A stretch of 64,000 nt of DNA from Candidatus Competibacteraceae bacterium (GTDB lineage Bacteria; Pseudomonadota; Gammaproteobacteria; Competibacterales; Competibacteraceae). Position numbers and translations under genes: made by a program. The DNA is taken from positions 3,451 through 67,450 of the forward strand of contig JAEUPW010000003.1 in the NCBI GenBank assembly GCA_016790045.1. The letters are read 5' to 3'. The notes under the pieces were generated by a model. That model searched no databases. It saw only the letters and a list, made by a program, of their open reading frames with translations, and was not told the origin of the DNA. This document shows positions 10,302 through 19,220 of the stretch, one piece after another. How positions within the stretch are numbered: the stretch's first letter is position 1; the number at the start of each line of letters is the position of its first letter.

Positions 10302-11168
10302 TCAATAATGTCGGACCCGATATAGGGCTTCGTTTCGCAACGCCCCGGCCAGGGCATCGCCCACCACTCGCGCCCACCGCTCGCAACCCGACGCATCGGC
10401 GATCAAATCCTGGCGCAGTTCGATTTCGGCGTGCGCCAGACCCGCCGCGCCGCCGTGAGCGTTCATGGTAAAGCCCACCTCGCGCCCGGAATAGGGCTCA
10501 TTGTCGCCGACGCATAAAGCTTCATCCGCGCGCAACTCGTCCAGCAGCAGCGAGGCCAGACGCGGATCGCGATTCCATAGCACTCCGATCTGCCAGGGCC
10601 GCCGAAAGCCGTCCATCACCGGGGTGAAGCTGTGGATGGCGATCAGCGCGGGCGCGCGCCCGTTGCCGTGACGCCAGCGCTGGGCCAGCATCTGGGCGAT
10701 GGCGCGATGGTACGGCCAAAACAGCGCGTTCAGCCGCGCGTCCGCCGCCGCATCGTCGAGCTCGAGATTTCCGGGAATCAAAATGCCGTCGCTGACTTGC
10801 GCGATGGAGGTGGGATCGCCGGGCGGGCGATTGCAATCGATCACCAGGCGCGAGTAACCGGCCAGCACGGCCGGCGCGTCCAGGCGTTCCGCCAAGCGGC
10901 GGGTGACGCACGCGGCGCCGATATCCCAGGCGATGTGCCGGGACCGTTCGACCGGCCCCAAACCCAGTTGGCCGAGCGCGGCGGGTATGCGGTTGCTGGC
11001 GTGATCGCAGACCAGCACCGCAGCGGCTGTCCCTTGCGGGTTCAACAGCGTGAAAGGAGGGGGCTCTTCATCGTCCAGCACCGGCCGATACTCCGCTGAG
11101 CCGGTTCGAGAACCGGCCATGGAGGAGAGGCTGGCCGATGCTGGGGCCGCCGCCGGGTCGCCGGTCAC
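10302..11168 (-). CDS. N-formylglutamate amidohydrolase family protein
   Basis: VCDHASNRIP, HIAWDIGA, SRLVIDCNR, IHSFTP, GDNEPYSG, IELRQDLI. Start may be 11120. Confidence 0.88.
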   Translation of the reverse strand: MTGDPAAAPASASLSSMAGSRTGSAEYRPVLDDEEPPPFTLLNPQGTAAAVLVCDHASNRIPAALGQLGLGPVERSRHIAWDIGAACVTRRLAERLDAPAVLAGYSRLVIDCNRPPGDPTSIAQVSDGILIPGNLELDDAAADARLNALFWPYHRAIAQMLAQRWRHGNGRAPALIAIHSFTPVMDGFRRPWQIGVLWNRDPRLASLLLDELRADEALCVGDNEPYSGREVGFTMNAHGGAAGLAHAEIELRQDLIADASGCERWARVVGDALAGALRNEALYRVRHY

Positions 11169-11779
11169 GACAGTCGCTTGAGCACGTTTTGCCGCAACCG
11201 TGCGGCTTGGGCGGGATCGGGCAGCTCTCGCCCCAAAGCCTCCAGGATCAGGTCCAAACTGTTGGGCGAGCCCCAGACTTCATCGCACAAAATAGCCCCC
11301 ATCGGACCGATCAGCTCCACCAGTTCTTGTTCCACGATCAGCCGGGTCGCTTCGTTGATCCGCACGCTTTTGGGATCGCCCCGCTCCGGCGCCCGCGCCG
11401 AGTCGCCGTCGAGCTGCTCCAGAATATAATCCGTGGACGGCATGGCTTCTTTGGAGCTTGGCACATGCACGTTGCTGGCGAAGCGCGTGCTGCCGATTCC
11501 GACCGCTTGCCTCAGCGCCAAGTCGAACGCCTCCAGGGCTTCCAGGCCCTGTTTGTTCTGAAACGACAGAAAAGTGATGGCGCCGGCGGACAGGCCGAAC
11601 TGGGCCAGCAGACTGTTGGTGGTGGCGATGTAGAACACGCCGCTGCGCTGCTCCCGGCACAATTCACGCAGCAGGTCGCCCGCGCTTTTAGCGAACTCGG
11701 AACGGGGTGACTGGGCCATGTGCGTACCTCTCAAAATCGCCGCCCCGACCGGCGCGGCGCCCGCGCGCTCGGAGCGCAT
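11165..11779 (-). CDS. Hypothetical signalling protein (PATAN/DUF4388-like N-terminus plus C-terminal helical IGP(M/I) domain)
   Basis: LLRELCREQRSGVFYI resembles the DUF4388/PATAN start. C-terminal ELVELIGPMGAIL helix bundle. ORF overlaps both neighbours. Alternative start 11719. Confidence 0.6.
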   Translation of the reverse strand: MRSERAGAAPVGAAILRGTHMAQSPRSEFAKSAGDLLRELCREQRSGVFYIATTNSLLAQFGLSAGAITFLSFQNKQGLEALEAFDLALRQAVGIGSTRFASNVHVPSSKEAMPSTDYILEQLDGDSARAPERGDPKSVRINEATRLIVEQELVELIGPMGAILCDEVWGSPNSLDLILEALGRELPDPAQAARLRQNVLKRLS

Positions 11780-12870
11780 CAGGTTTTCTTGCGCAACCGT
11801 TCGAACGCCATCCTGATGCTGACCGCCATGCGTTCGACGGCGCGCGCCAGGGCTCCGATCTCGTCGCGCCGCTCGGTGCCGACAATCTTCATGTCGAAGT
11901 TGCCGCGACTGAGCTGATCGGCGACGGCGGTCAATTCCGAGATCGGCCGCGCCAATTGCCGCGACAGCAGATAGGCGACCCCCAACACCAGCGCCAGCGC
12001 GAAGGCCATCAGGATCAGCGCGTTGCGCCTGGCTTCCAGCAACGGCGCGAAGGCATCGTCATGATTCTGCTGGATAATCAAGGTCCAGCCCAGGGCGGTT
12101 TTGCGGGTGTGTCCGATGACGCGCTCGCCCGCGTCGTCGTAGACTGCGGGCGCTTGCGCCGCCCCTGCGGCGCTCAGCGCCGGATGCGCGCTCAAATCCT
12201 GCAAGCTCCGGGTGATCTGTTGGGGCCGGCCGTGCGCGATGACCTTCTTGTTCTCATCGATAAGGATAGCAAACCCGGTCTCGCCAATCTTGGCGCTGGC
12301 GACAATTCGCGAGATCTCCGCCACCTCCATGGCCAGGGCCAGCACCCCTTCGAGCGCGCCGCCGGCATCGCGGATCGGGCCGGCCAGGATCAGCGCCGGC
12401 TTTTGCGAGGTTTTGCCGATCACCACTTCCTGGCCGACCGGTTTGCCCTCGATCACCTGCCTGAAATAATCCCGGTCGCCATATTGGTAGTTGGCCGGCG
12501 GATTATCGTCGCTGCGGCCGATGTTTTGGCCGTCGCGGTTGACGCTGAAGACCAGATACGCCCACTCGTAAGCGCCGCGAATCGCCTTGAGAACGGGCGT
12601 TTGCCTTGCGGGGTCCATGGACACCATATCGGCCAGGGCGGCGTTTTCGCGCAGGGCGCGCAGGTTGGTGTCCGCCCAGGCATTGACTCGGCCGTCGATA
12701 TCGTTCGCGGTCAGCATCAGCTGCGTCTGGACAATTTCCCGCCAATCCCGCTCGAATTTGTAGCCGCCGATGTAAAGCAGGCCCAGCAGCGGCACCAGCG
12801 CCACGGCGACCATGGTCAACAAAATTTTATGAAATATTTTTAAGTCGAATGTGGAATTTTTCTGTGTCAT
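11779..12870 (-). CDS. Cache + HAMP membrane sensor without a cytoplasmic output domain
   Basis: TM1, periplasmic Cache-like region (YGDRDYF, GETGFAILID), TM2, HAMP (ARPISELT...RRDEIGALARAVERM), then a stop about 13 residues later. Confidence 0.85.
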   Translation of the reverse strand: MTQKNSTFDLKIFHKILLTMVAVALVPLLGLLYIGGYKFERDWREIVQTQLMLTANDIDGRVNAWADTNLRALRENAALADMVSMDPARQTPVLKAIRGAYEWAYLVFSVNRDGQNIGRSDDNPPANYQYGDRDYFRQVIEGKPVGQEVVIGKTSQKPALILAGPIRDAGGALEGVLALAMEVAEISRIVASAKIGETGFAILIDENKKVIAHGRPQQITRSLQDLSAHPALSAAGAAQAPAVYDDAGERVIGHTRKTALGWTLIIQQNHDDAFAPLLEARRNALILMAFALALVLGVAYLLSRQLARPISELTAVADQLSRGNFDMKIVGTERRDEIGALARAVERMAVSIRMAFERLRKKT

Positions 12871-13155
12871 GCCGATCCCCCATCAAAATAAAATAAAACA
12901 TCTGTTCAATTATTTATTAAATCAAGTGTATTCTAATTATGACTATCTTTTCAGGCAAATGAAAATCGTTCAAAAATCATTAAAATCAATACTGACTCGG
13001 CGTTCAAATCGGCCCAATAAAGCGTAGGATGACCATTTTGAGAACCCGGATCGAAAAATGCCGCCGCGCGGCGCTCCGATCGCTCGATGCGAACGTTGCC
13101 CCCGACGGCGATTCAACTAAGATAAGCCAATCAATGATTATTTGGGTGGGTTGAA

Positions 13156-14565
13156 ATGTCCTCCTCCATTCCAGCCGCCGGCGGCACCGAAATCATCGTC
13201 GCGGCGTCCCGCTCGCCGCTGCGGGTCCAGTTCGAGGTGATCGATATCCGGGTGATTTCCGGCCCGGACAGCGGGCAGGAGGCCCGGCTCGGCTTGCCGT
13301 CGGTGCGGATCGGCACCGCGCCGGACAACGATCTGGCGCTGAGCGACCGGGCGGTCTCGCGCCGGCACGCCGAAATCCGCATGACCGCCGATGGCCTGCT
13401 GCTGCGCGATCTCGGTTCCACCAACGGCACCTTCATCAACGACGTGCGCATCACCGAAGCCTACATTCCGGAGAACGCCGAATGCCGGCTCGGCTATTCG
13501 CGGGTGCTGATCCGCCAGCACACCGAAGAGCGGAAAGTGGCGGTGCCGCGCCAGGATCACCTGGGCGAGCTGGTCGGGGCCAGCGAGCGGATGCGGGAGC
13601 TGTACGGCCTGATCCGCGCGGTCGCGCCGACGCCGACCACCGTGCACCTGCGCGGCGAATCGGGAGCCGGCAAGGAGCTGGTGGCGCGCACCCTGCACGC
13701 GCTGTCCGGCCGCTCGGGTCCGCTGGTGGTGTTCGACGCTTCCGTCACCGATCCGGAAATGGTGCGCAACGATTTGTTCGGGCACATCAAGGGCGCGTTC
13801 ACCGGCGCGACGGGCGCGCGCGATGGCGCGTTCCGCCAAGCCCACACCGGCACGCTGTTCATCGACGAGATCGGCGAGCTGCCGCTGGATTTGCAACCGC
13901 GCCTGCTGCGGGTACTGGAAACGCGCGAAGTCACCCCGATCGGCTCCGACAAGCCGCAGCGGGTGGACGTGCGGGTGATCACGGCGACCCACCGTGACCT
14001 GGAAGCCATGGTCAAGGCCGGGACCTTCCGCACCGACCTGTTTTACCGGCTCTCGGTAGTTCCCGTCGAGGTGCCGTCCCTGCGCGAAATCGTCGAGGAC
14101 ATCCCGCTGATCACCCGGCATTTGTGCGAGCGGCTGAACATGAACTGCCGGATTTCCGAGGCGGCCATGGCGGCGTTGCAGAGCTATTCCTGGCCCGGCA
14201 ACGTGCGGGAGCTGCGCAACGTGCTGGAGCGGGCGGCGGTGATGAGCGGCGAGCGGGAAATTCAGCCCGACGATTTGCGGCTGCCCAAGGAAGGCCGCTC
14301 GGCGAACGCTTCCACGCCGTCGCGGGCTCCCGCCGCCAGCGCGCCCGTCGAGCAACCGAGCGGCCCGGCCGATGCGCCGACGGCGGCCCCGAAAACCAGC
14401 ACCGCCGCCGCGCGGGCCCACCTCAAGGAAGTGGAGCGGCAAATGATCCTCGATTCGATGAAAAGCAATAACAACAACAAAGCCGCCGTCGCCCGCGATT
14501 TGGGCATTCCGCTCTCGACGCTGAAGCGCCGCCTCAAGGAATACCGGATCAGCGAGGACGATTGA
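13156..14565 (+). CDS. FHA-domain sigma54-dependent transcriptional activator (FHA-AAA+-HTH)
   Basis: FHA motifs IGTAPDNDL, VSRRHAEI, DLGSTNGTF. Walker A GESGAGKE, GAFTGA, FIDEIGEL, WPGNVREL. C-terminal Fis-type HTH. Confidence 0.92.
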   Translation: MSSSIPAAGGTEIIVAASRSPLRVQFEVIDIRVISGPDSGQEARLGLPSVRIGTAPDNDLALSDRAVSRRHAEIRMTADGLLLRDLGSTNGTFINDVRITEAYIPENAECRLGYSRVLIRQHTEERKVAVPRQDHLGELVGASERMRELYGLIRAVAPTPTTVHLRGESGAGKELVARTLHALSGRSGPLVVFDASVTDPEMVRNDLFGHIKGAFTGATGARDGAFRQAHTGTLFIDEIGELPLDLQPRLLRVLETREVTPIGSDKPQRVDVRVITATHRDLEAMVKAGTFRTDLFYRLSVVPVEVPSLREIVEDIPLITRHLCERLNMNCRISEAAMAALQSYSWPGNVRELRNVLERAAVMSGEREIQPDDLRLPKEGRSANASTPSRAPAASAPVEQPSGPADAPTAAPKTSTAAARAHLKEVERQMILDSMKSNNNNKAAVARDLGIPLSTLKRRLKEYRISEDD

Positions 14566-15748
14566 AACGGCGCTTGTCGGCGCCACCCCCCGCGAGCGGC
14601 GTCCCGCAACTTGCGCCGAGCCAAGGCCCCCGGCCCCGTTTTCCGGCTTGTTCGCTCAACGCCCACGCCACATGTTCCGCCACCAGCGCCGAGGGATGCG
14701 CCGCCCGCGCTCGCAAAGCGGCGATGGCGCGCTCCGAGGCCGGCGCGTTGCCCAGAGCCACGGCGAGGTTGCGCAACCAGCGCTCGTGGCCGATCCGGCG
14801 GATGGCGCTGCCTTCGGTGCGACGCAGAAAATCCGCTTCCTCCCAGGCGAATAGCGCGACGAGATCCGGCGCGTCCAAGCCATGGCGGGCGCGGAAATCC
14901 GGTTCCGTCGCCGGTCGGGCGAAGCGGTTCCAGGGGCAGACCAACTGGCAGTCGTCGCAGCCGTAAATCCGGTTGCCCATGGCGCGGCGAAACTCTGGCG
15001 GGATCGGGCCGCGCAGCTCGATGGTGTGGTAGGAAATGCAGCGGCGGGCGTCCACCCGGTACGGCGCGACGATGGCGCGCGTCGGGCAAACGTCCAGACA
15101 GGCGGTGCAGCGCCCGCAATGCGCCGTCGCGGGCTTATCCGCCGGCAGCGGCACATCCAGATAAATTTCGCCGAGAAAAAACCAGGAACCGGCCCGGCGG
15201 TCGAGCAGGTTGCTGTGCTTGCCGATCCAACCCAGTCCCGCCCGTTGCGCCAGCGCCTTTTCCAACACCGGCGCGCTGTCGCTGAACACCCGGTAGCCGA
15301 GCGGCCCGACGGCCTCGATGATGCGCTCGGCCAGGCGTTGCAGCCGCCGCCGCACCACCTTGTGATAATCCCGGCCCACGGCGTAACGCGAGACATAAGC
15401 CTTGTCGGAATCGCGCAACACCCGCCAGGGCTCCGCGCTTTCCGGCGGCCAGTAATCCATCCGCGCCGAAATGACGCGCACCGTGCCGGGCACCAGCTCG
15501 GCGGGCCGGCTGCGCCGGGTCCCATGCCGCCGCATATAATCCATCTCGCCGTGAAAGCGCTCCGCCAGCCAGTCGAGCAGATGCGCCTCATGCTCGCTCA
15601 GATTGATGCCGGCAATGCCGAGTTGCCGAAACCCCAATTCCTGCCCCCAGCCCTTGATGGCGGCGGCGAGTTCGGCGAGGCGGCTTTCGGTGAGAAGGGT
15701 CACGGCGGCGGCTGAATGTGGGAAAATGACCGGCGTATTGTGCCTCAA
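14549..15748 (-). CDS. queG: Epoxyqueuosine reductase
   Basis: SRYAVGRDYH, DSAPVLEK, GLGWIGK, GSWFFLGE, CGRCTACLDVCPT, IYGCDDCQLVCPWN. Divergent from nnr as is typical. Start uncertain. Confidence 0.93.
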   Translation of the reverse strand: MRHNTPVIFPHSAAAVTLLTESRLAELAAAIKGWGQELGFRQLGIAGINLSEHEAHLLDWLAERFHGEMDYMRRHGTRRSRPAELVPGTVRVISARMDYWPPESAEPWRVLRDSDKAYVSRYAVGRDYHKVVRRRLQRLAERIIEAVGPLGYRVFSDSAPVLEKALAQRAGLGWIGKHSNLLDRRAGSWFFLGEIYLDVPLPADKPATAHCGRCTACLDVCPTRAIVAPYRVDARRCISYHTIELRGPIPPEFRRAMGNRIYGCDDCQLVCPWNRFARPATEPDFRARHGLDAPDLVALFAWEEADFLRRTEGSAIRRIGHERWLRNLAVALGNAPASERAIAALRARAAHPSALVAEHVAWALSEQAGKRGRGPWLGASCGTPLAGGGADKRRFNRPR

Positions 15749-15772
15749 CCCTCACGTTGAAGGAGCTTTTCC

Positions 15773-17287
15773 ATGGGCGACTTGCCTTTCGCGCTGTACC
15801 GCGCCGCGCAGGTTCGGGAGCTGGACCGCATCGCCATCGAGGTTCACGGCGTTTCGGGCTACACCCTGATGTGGCGGGCCGGCGAGGCGGCTTTCGAGCT
15901 GTTGCGCCAACGCTGGTCGGCGCGCCGGATCGTGGTGGTTTGCGGCGGCGGCAATAACGGCGGCGACGGCTACGTGGTGGGACGGCTGGCGCACCAGCAT
16001 GGTTTCGATACCCGGATTCTGACCTTGGCCGATCCCGAGGCGTTGCGCGGCGATGCCCAAACCGCCTGGTGGAACGCCCGATCCACCGGGGTGCCGATCG
16101 TGCCCTTTAGCGCCGATGCGCTGAACGGGGCGGACCTGTTGGTGGACGCCATTCTCGGCACCGGCCTGGAACGGGAGGTCAGCGGCGCGTGGCGGGAGGC
16201 GATTCTCGCCATGAACGACCATCCCGCCGACATCCTGGCCCTCGACATTCCCTCCGGGCTGCACGCCGACACCGGCGTCATTCTCGGCGCGGCGGTCCGG
16301 GCGGCGGCCACCCTCACCTTCATCGGCCTCAAGCAAGGGCTGTTCACCGGTCAAGGCCCGGCCTGTTGCGGCGACATCAGCTTCAACCACCTGGACGCGC
16401 CGCCGGAGATTTATTCGGCCATCCATCCGGCGAGCTGGCGCTACGTCGGCGAGGATTTGGCGGCGCTATTGCCCAAGCGTTCGCGCAGCGCCCACAAAGG
16501 CCACTTCGGTCACGTGCTGGTGGTCGGCGGCGATCTGGGCATGGCCGGCGCGGCGCGGATGACCGGAGAGGCCGCCGCCCGCTGCGGGGCCGGGCTGGTC
16601 AGCATCGCGACCCGCGGCGCTCACGCCGGCTTGCAGGCGGCGGTGCGCCCGGAGCTGATGTTCCACGGCATCGAGAGCGCGGAGGCGCTCGCGCCGTTAC
16701 TGGATCGCGCCACCGTGGTCGCCGTCGGGCCGGGGCTGGGTCGCGACGATTGGGGCCGAATGCTGCTGCGGGCGGTGCTCGCCAGCGAAAAGCCGCTGGT
16801 GGTGGATGCGGACGGCTTGAATCTCCTGGCCATCGAGCCGACGTTTCGGGAAAACTGGATTTTGACGCCGCATCCCGGCGAAGCTGCCCGCCTGTTAAAG
16901 ATGACGCCCCGCGAGGTCGAAGCCGACCGTTTCGCGGCGGTGGAAGATTTGGCGCTGCGCTTCGGCGGCGTGGCGGTGCTCAAGGGCGCGGGTTCGCTGG
17001 TCGCCAGCAAGGCCGAAGGCTCGGTCACGCTGTGCCAAACCGGCAATCCGGGCATGGCCGGCGGCGGCATGGGCGACGTGCTGACCGGCGTCATCGCCGC
17101 GCTGCTGGCGCAAGGCTTGCCGTTGCTCGCCGCGGCTCAAACCGGCGTTTACCTGCACGGCCGCGCCGGCGATCTGGCGGCGCGAGAGGGTGGCGAACGG
17201 GGCTTGCTGGCGACCGATTTGCTGCCGTTTCTGCGCCGCCTGGTCAATCCCGACTCCGCCGAGCCGATCCGCGACCGAGCCCGCTGA
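15773..17287 (+). CDS. nnr: Bifunctional NAD(P)HX epimerase/dehydratase (YjeF)
   Basis: CGGGNNGGDG, VDAILGTG, DIPSGL, HKGHFG, GPGLG, VVDADGL, LTPHPGE, GGMGDVLTG. Confidence 0.95.
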   Translation: MGDLPFALYRAAQVRELDRIAIEVHGVSGYTLMWRAGEAAFELLRQRWSARRIVVVCGGGNNGGDGYVVGRLAHQHGFDTRILTLADPEALRGDAQTAWWNARSTGVPIVPFSADALNGADLLVDAILGTGLEREVSGAWREAILAMNDHPADILALDIPSGLHADTGVILGAAVRAAATLTFIGLKQGLFTGQGPACCGDISFNHLDAPPEIYSAIHPASWRYVGEDLAALLPKRSRSAHKGHFGHVLVVGGDLGMAGAARMTGEAAARCGAGLVSIATRGAHAGLQAAVRPELMFHGIESAEALAPLLDRATVVAVGPGLGRDDWGRMLLRAVLASEKPLVVDADGLNLLAIEPTFRENWILTPHPGEAARLLKMTPREVEADRFAAVEDLALRFGGVAVLKGAGSLVASKAEGSVTLCQTGNPGMAGGGMGDVLTGVIAALLAQGLPLLAAAQTGVYLHGRAGDLAAREGGERGLLATDLLPFLRRLVNPDSAEPIRDRAR

Positions 17288-17305
17288 GACAGGAGGCGCC
17301 CCGCC

Positions 17306-17770
17306 ATGCCCGACCGGCTTCTCGAATCCGCCCGCGCGACCGAACGTTTGGGCGAGCGGTTGAGCCGAAGCCTCGCCCCCGGTTGCGTGCTTTATCTGCG
17401 CGGCGACCTGGGCGCTGGCAAGACCACGCTGGCGCGCGGTTTATTGCGCGGGCTCGGCCATCGCGGCACGGTCAAAAGCCCGACCTTCACGCTGGTAGAG
17501 CCCTATTCGCTCGATAGTTGGCGGCTGTTTCATTGGGATTTATACCGGCTGAGCGATCCCGAGGAACTGGAGTATCTCGGCTTGCGCGAGCAACTCGACG
17601 GCGAGGCGGTTTTGCTGATCGAGTGGCCGGAACGGGGCCAGGGCGAATTGCCGGCGGCGGACGTCGAGATCGCGCTCGCCTACGCCGATGGCGGCCGTCA
17701 TTGCCGGCTGGACGCGGGTTCGGCCAAAGGTCATGCCCTGTTGGCCGGATTGCACCTTTCTCCGGACTGA
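17306..17770 (+). CDS. tsaE: tRNA t6A biosynthesis ATPase TsaE
   Basis: GDLGAGKTT, VKSPTFTLVEPY, HWDLYRL, IEWPE. Follows nnr. Confidence 0.95.
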   Translation: MPDRLLESARATERLGERLSRSLAPGCVLYLRGDLGAGKTTLARGLLRGLGHRGTVKSPTFTLVEPYSLDSWRLFHWDLYRLSDPEELEYLGLREQLDGEAVLLIEWPERGQGELPAADVEIALAYADGGRHCRLDAGSAKGHALLAGLHLSPD

Positions 17771-17774
17771 TTTG

Positions 17775-19220
17775 ATGTTGCTTTCCCTGACCACCACCCA
17801 TCGACCTGCCACCGATCTCGGTTTTTTGCTGCACAAACATCCCGCCAAGATCCAAACCTTCGCCTTGAGCTTCGGTCAAGCTTACGTCTTTTACCCGGAA
17901 GCCGATCTGGAACGCTGCACGGCGGCGCTGGCGCTCGATATCGATCCGGTGGGTCTGGTGCGCGACCGCCAGGGGCCGTCTGGCGAGAATCGCGCCTTGG
18001 AGCAGTACGTCAACGACCGGCCTTATGTGGCTTCATCGTTTTTGAGCGTGGCCATCGCCGAAGTTTACGGTTCAGCCTTGAACGGCCGCTGCGCCGCCCG
18101 CCCGGAGTTGGCCGATGCGCGGTTGCCGCTGGACGCCGAGCTGAGCGCGTTGCCTTGTCGCGGCGGCGAAACTGTGTTGCGCCGCTTGTTCGAGCCGCTG
18201 GGCTACTCCCTCGAAGCGGAGCGCCTGCCGCTGGACAAACAGTTTCCCGAATGGGGCAATAGTCGCTATTACCGGGTCCGGTTGAGCGCGACGGTCCGGC
18301 TTCAGGATTTGCTGGCCCACCTCTATGTCCTGACGCCCGTGCTGGACGACGACAAACATTATTGGGTCGGCGACGCCGAAATCGACAAGCTCTTGCGTCA
18401 CGGCGACGACTGGTTGGCCGCGCATCCCGAGCGCGACTTGATCGCCCGGCGCTATCTGAAACACCAAAAAAGCCTGGCCCGGCGAGCGCTGGAGCGGCTG
18501 CTGGCGGAAGACGGCGACGAGGCCACCGCCGCGATCGGCCCTGATGCTGGCGGGGAACCCGCACTGGAACTGCCGCTGCGCCTGAACGAGCAGCGGCTGG
18601 CGACCGTGGCCGGCGTTTTGCGCGAACACGGCGCGCGGCGGGTGGCGGATTTGGGTTGCGGCGAAGGCAAATTGCTGGGGATGCTGCTCAAATATCCGGA
18701 ATTCGAGCGGTTGCTCGGCGTGGATGTGTCGTTGCGAGCCCTGGAGCGCGCCCGCGACCGCCTGAACCTGGAACGCCTGCCAGAACGCCAGCGCGCCCGG
18801 ATCGAACTGCTGCACGGCTCGCTGATCTATCGCGACGAACGGTTGACAGGCTGCGACGCGGCGACCGCGATCGAAGTCGTCGAACATCTGGACCCGCCTC
18901 GGCTCGCCGCTTTCGAACGGGTGTTGTTCGAGACGTTGCAGCCGCCGCTGGTGGTGCTCACCACCCCGAACGCCGATTACAACGTCCGCTTCCCGCACTT
19001 GCCGGCCGACCGGTTCCGCCATCCCGACCACCGTTTCGAATGGACCCGCGCGGAATTCGCCGGCTGGGCGCGAAACATCGCGGACCGTTTCGGCTACGCG
19101 GCAGCCTTTCGGTCGGTCGGCGAGGTTGATCCCGAGCATGGCCCACCGACCCAGATGGCGGTTTTCACCCGTCCGCTACCGATAGAACTTGCCGCCGAGC
19201 CAAGCGAGCCAGCGCCATGA
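17775..19220 (+). CDS. hen1: 3'-terminal RNA ribose 2'-O-methyltransferase Hen1
   Basis: N-terminal ligase-activating domain MLLSLTTTHRPATDLGFLLHKHP and QYVNDRPY. SAM motif DLGCGEG, IEVVEH, TTPN, RHPDHRFEWTR. Confidence 0.95.
   Translation: MLLSLTTTHRPATDLGFLLHKHPAKIQTFALSFGQAYVFYPEADLERCTAALALDIDPVGLVRDRQGPSGENRALEQYVNDRPYVASSFLSVAIAEVYGSALNGRCAARPELADARLPLDAELSALPCRGGETVLRRLFEPLGYSLEAERLPLDKQFPEWGNSRYYRVRLSATVRLQDLLAHLYVLTPVLDDDKHYWVGDAEIDKLLRHGDDWLAAHPERDLIARRYLKHQKSLARRALERLLAEDGDEATAAIGPDAGGEPALELPLRLNEQRLATVAGVLREHGARRVADLGCGEGKLLGMLLKYPEFERLLGVDVSLRALERARDRLNLERLPERQRARIELLHGSLIYRDERLTGCDAATAIEVVEHLDPPRLAAFERVLFETLQPPLVVLTTPNADYNVRFPHLPADRFRHPDHRFEWTRAEFAGWARNIADRFGYAAAFRSVGEVDPEHGPPTQMAVFTRPLPIELAAEPSEPAP

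Noticed and set aside
12871-13155. Sigma54 -24/-12 promoter for the Cache-HAMP operon
   Set aside because: GG/GC pairs found have the wrong spacing or lack the TGGCAC/TTGC context.
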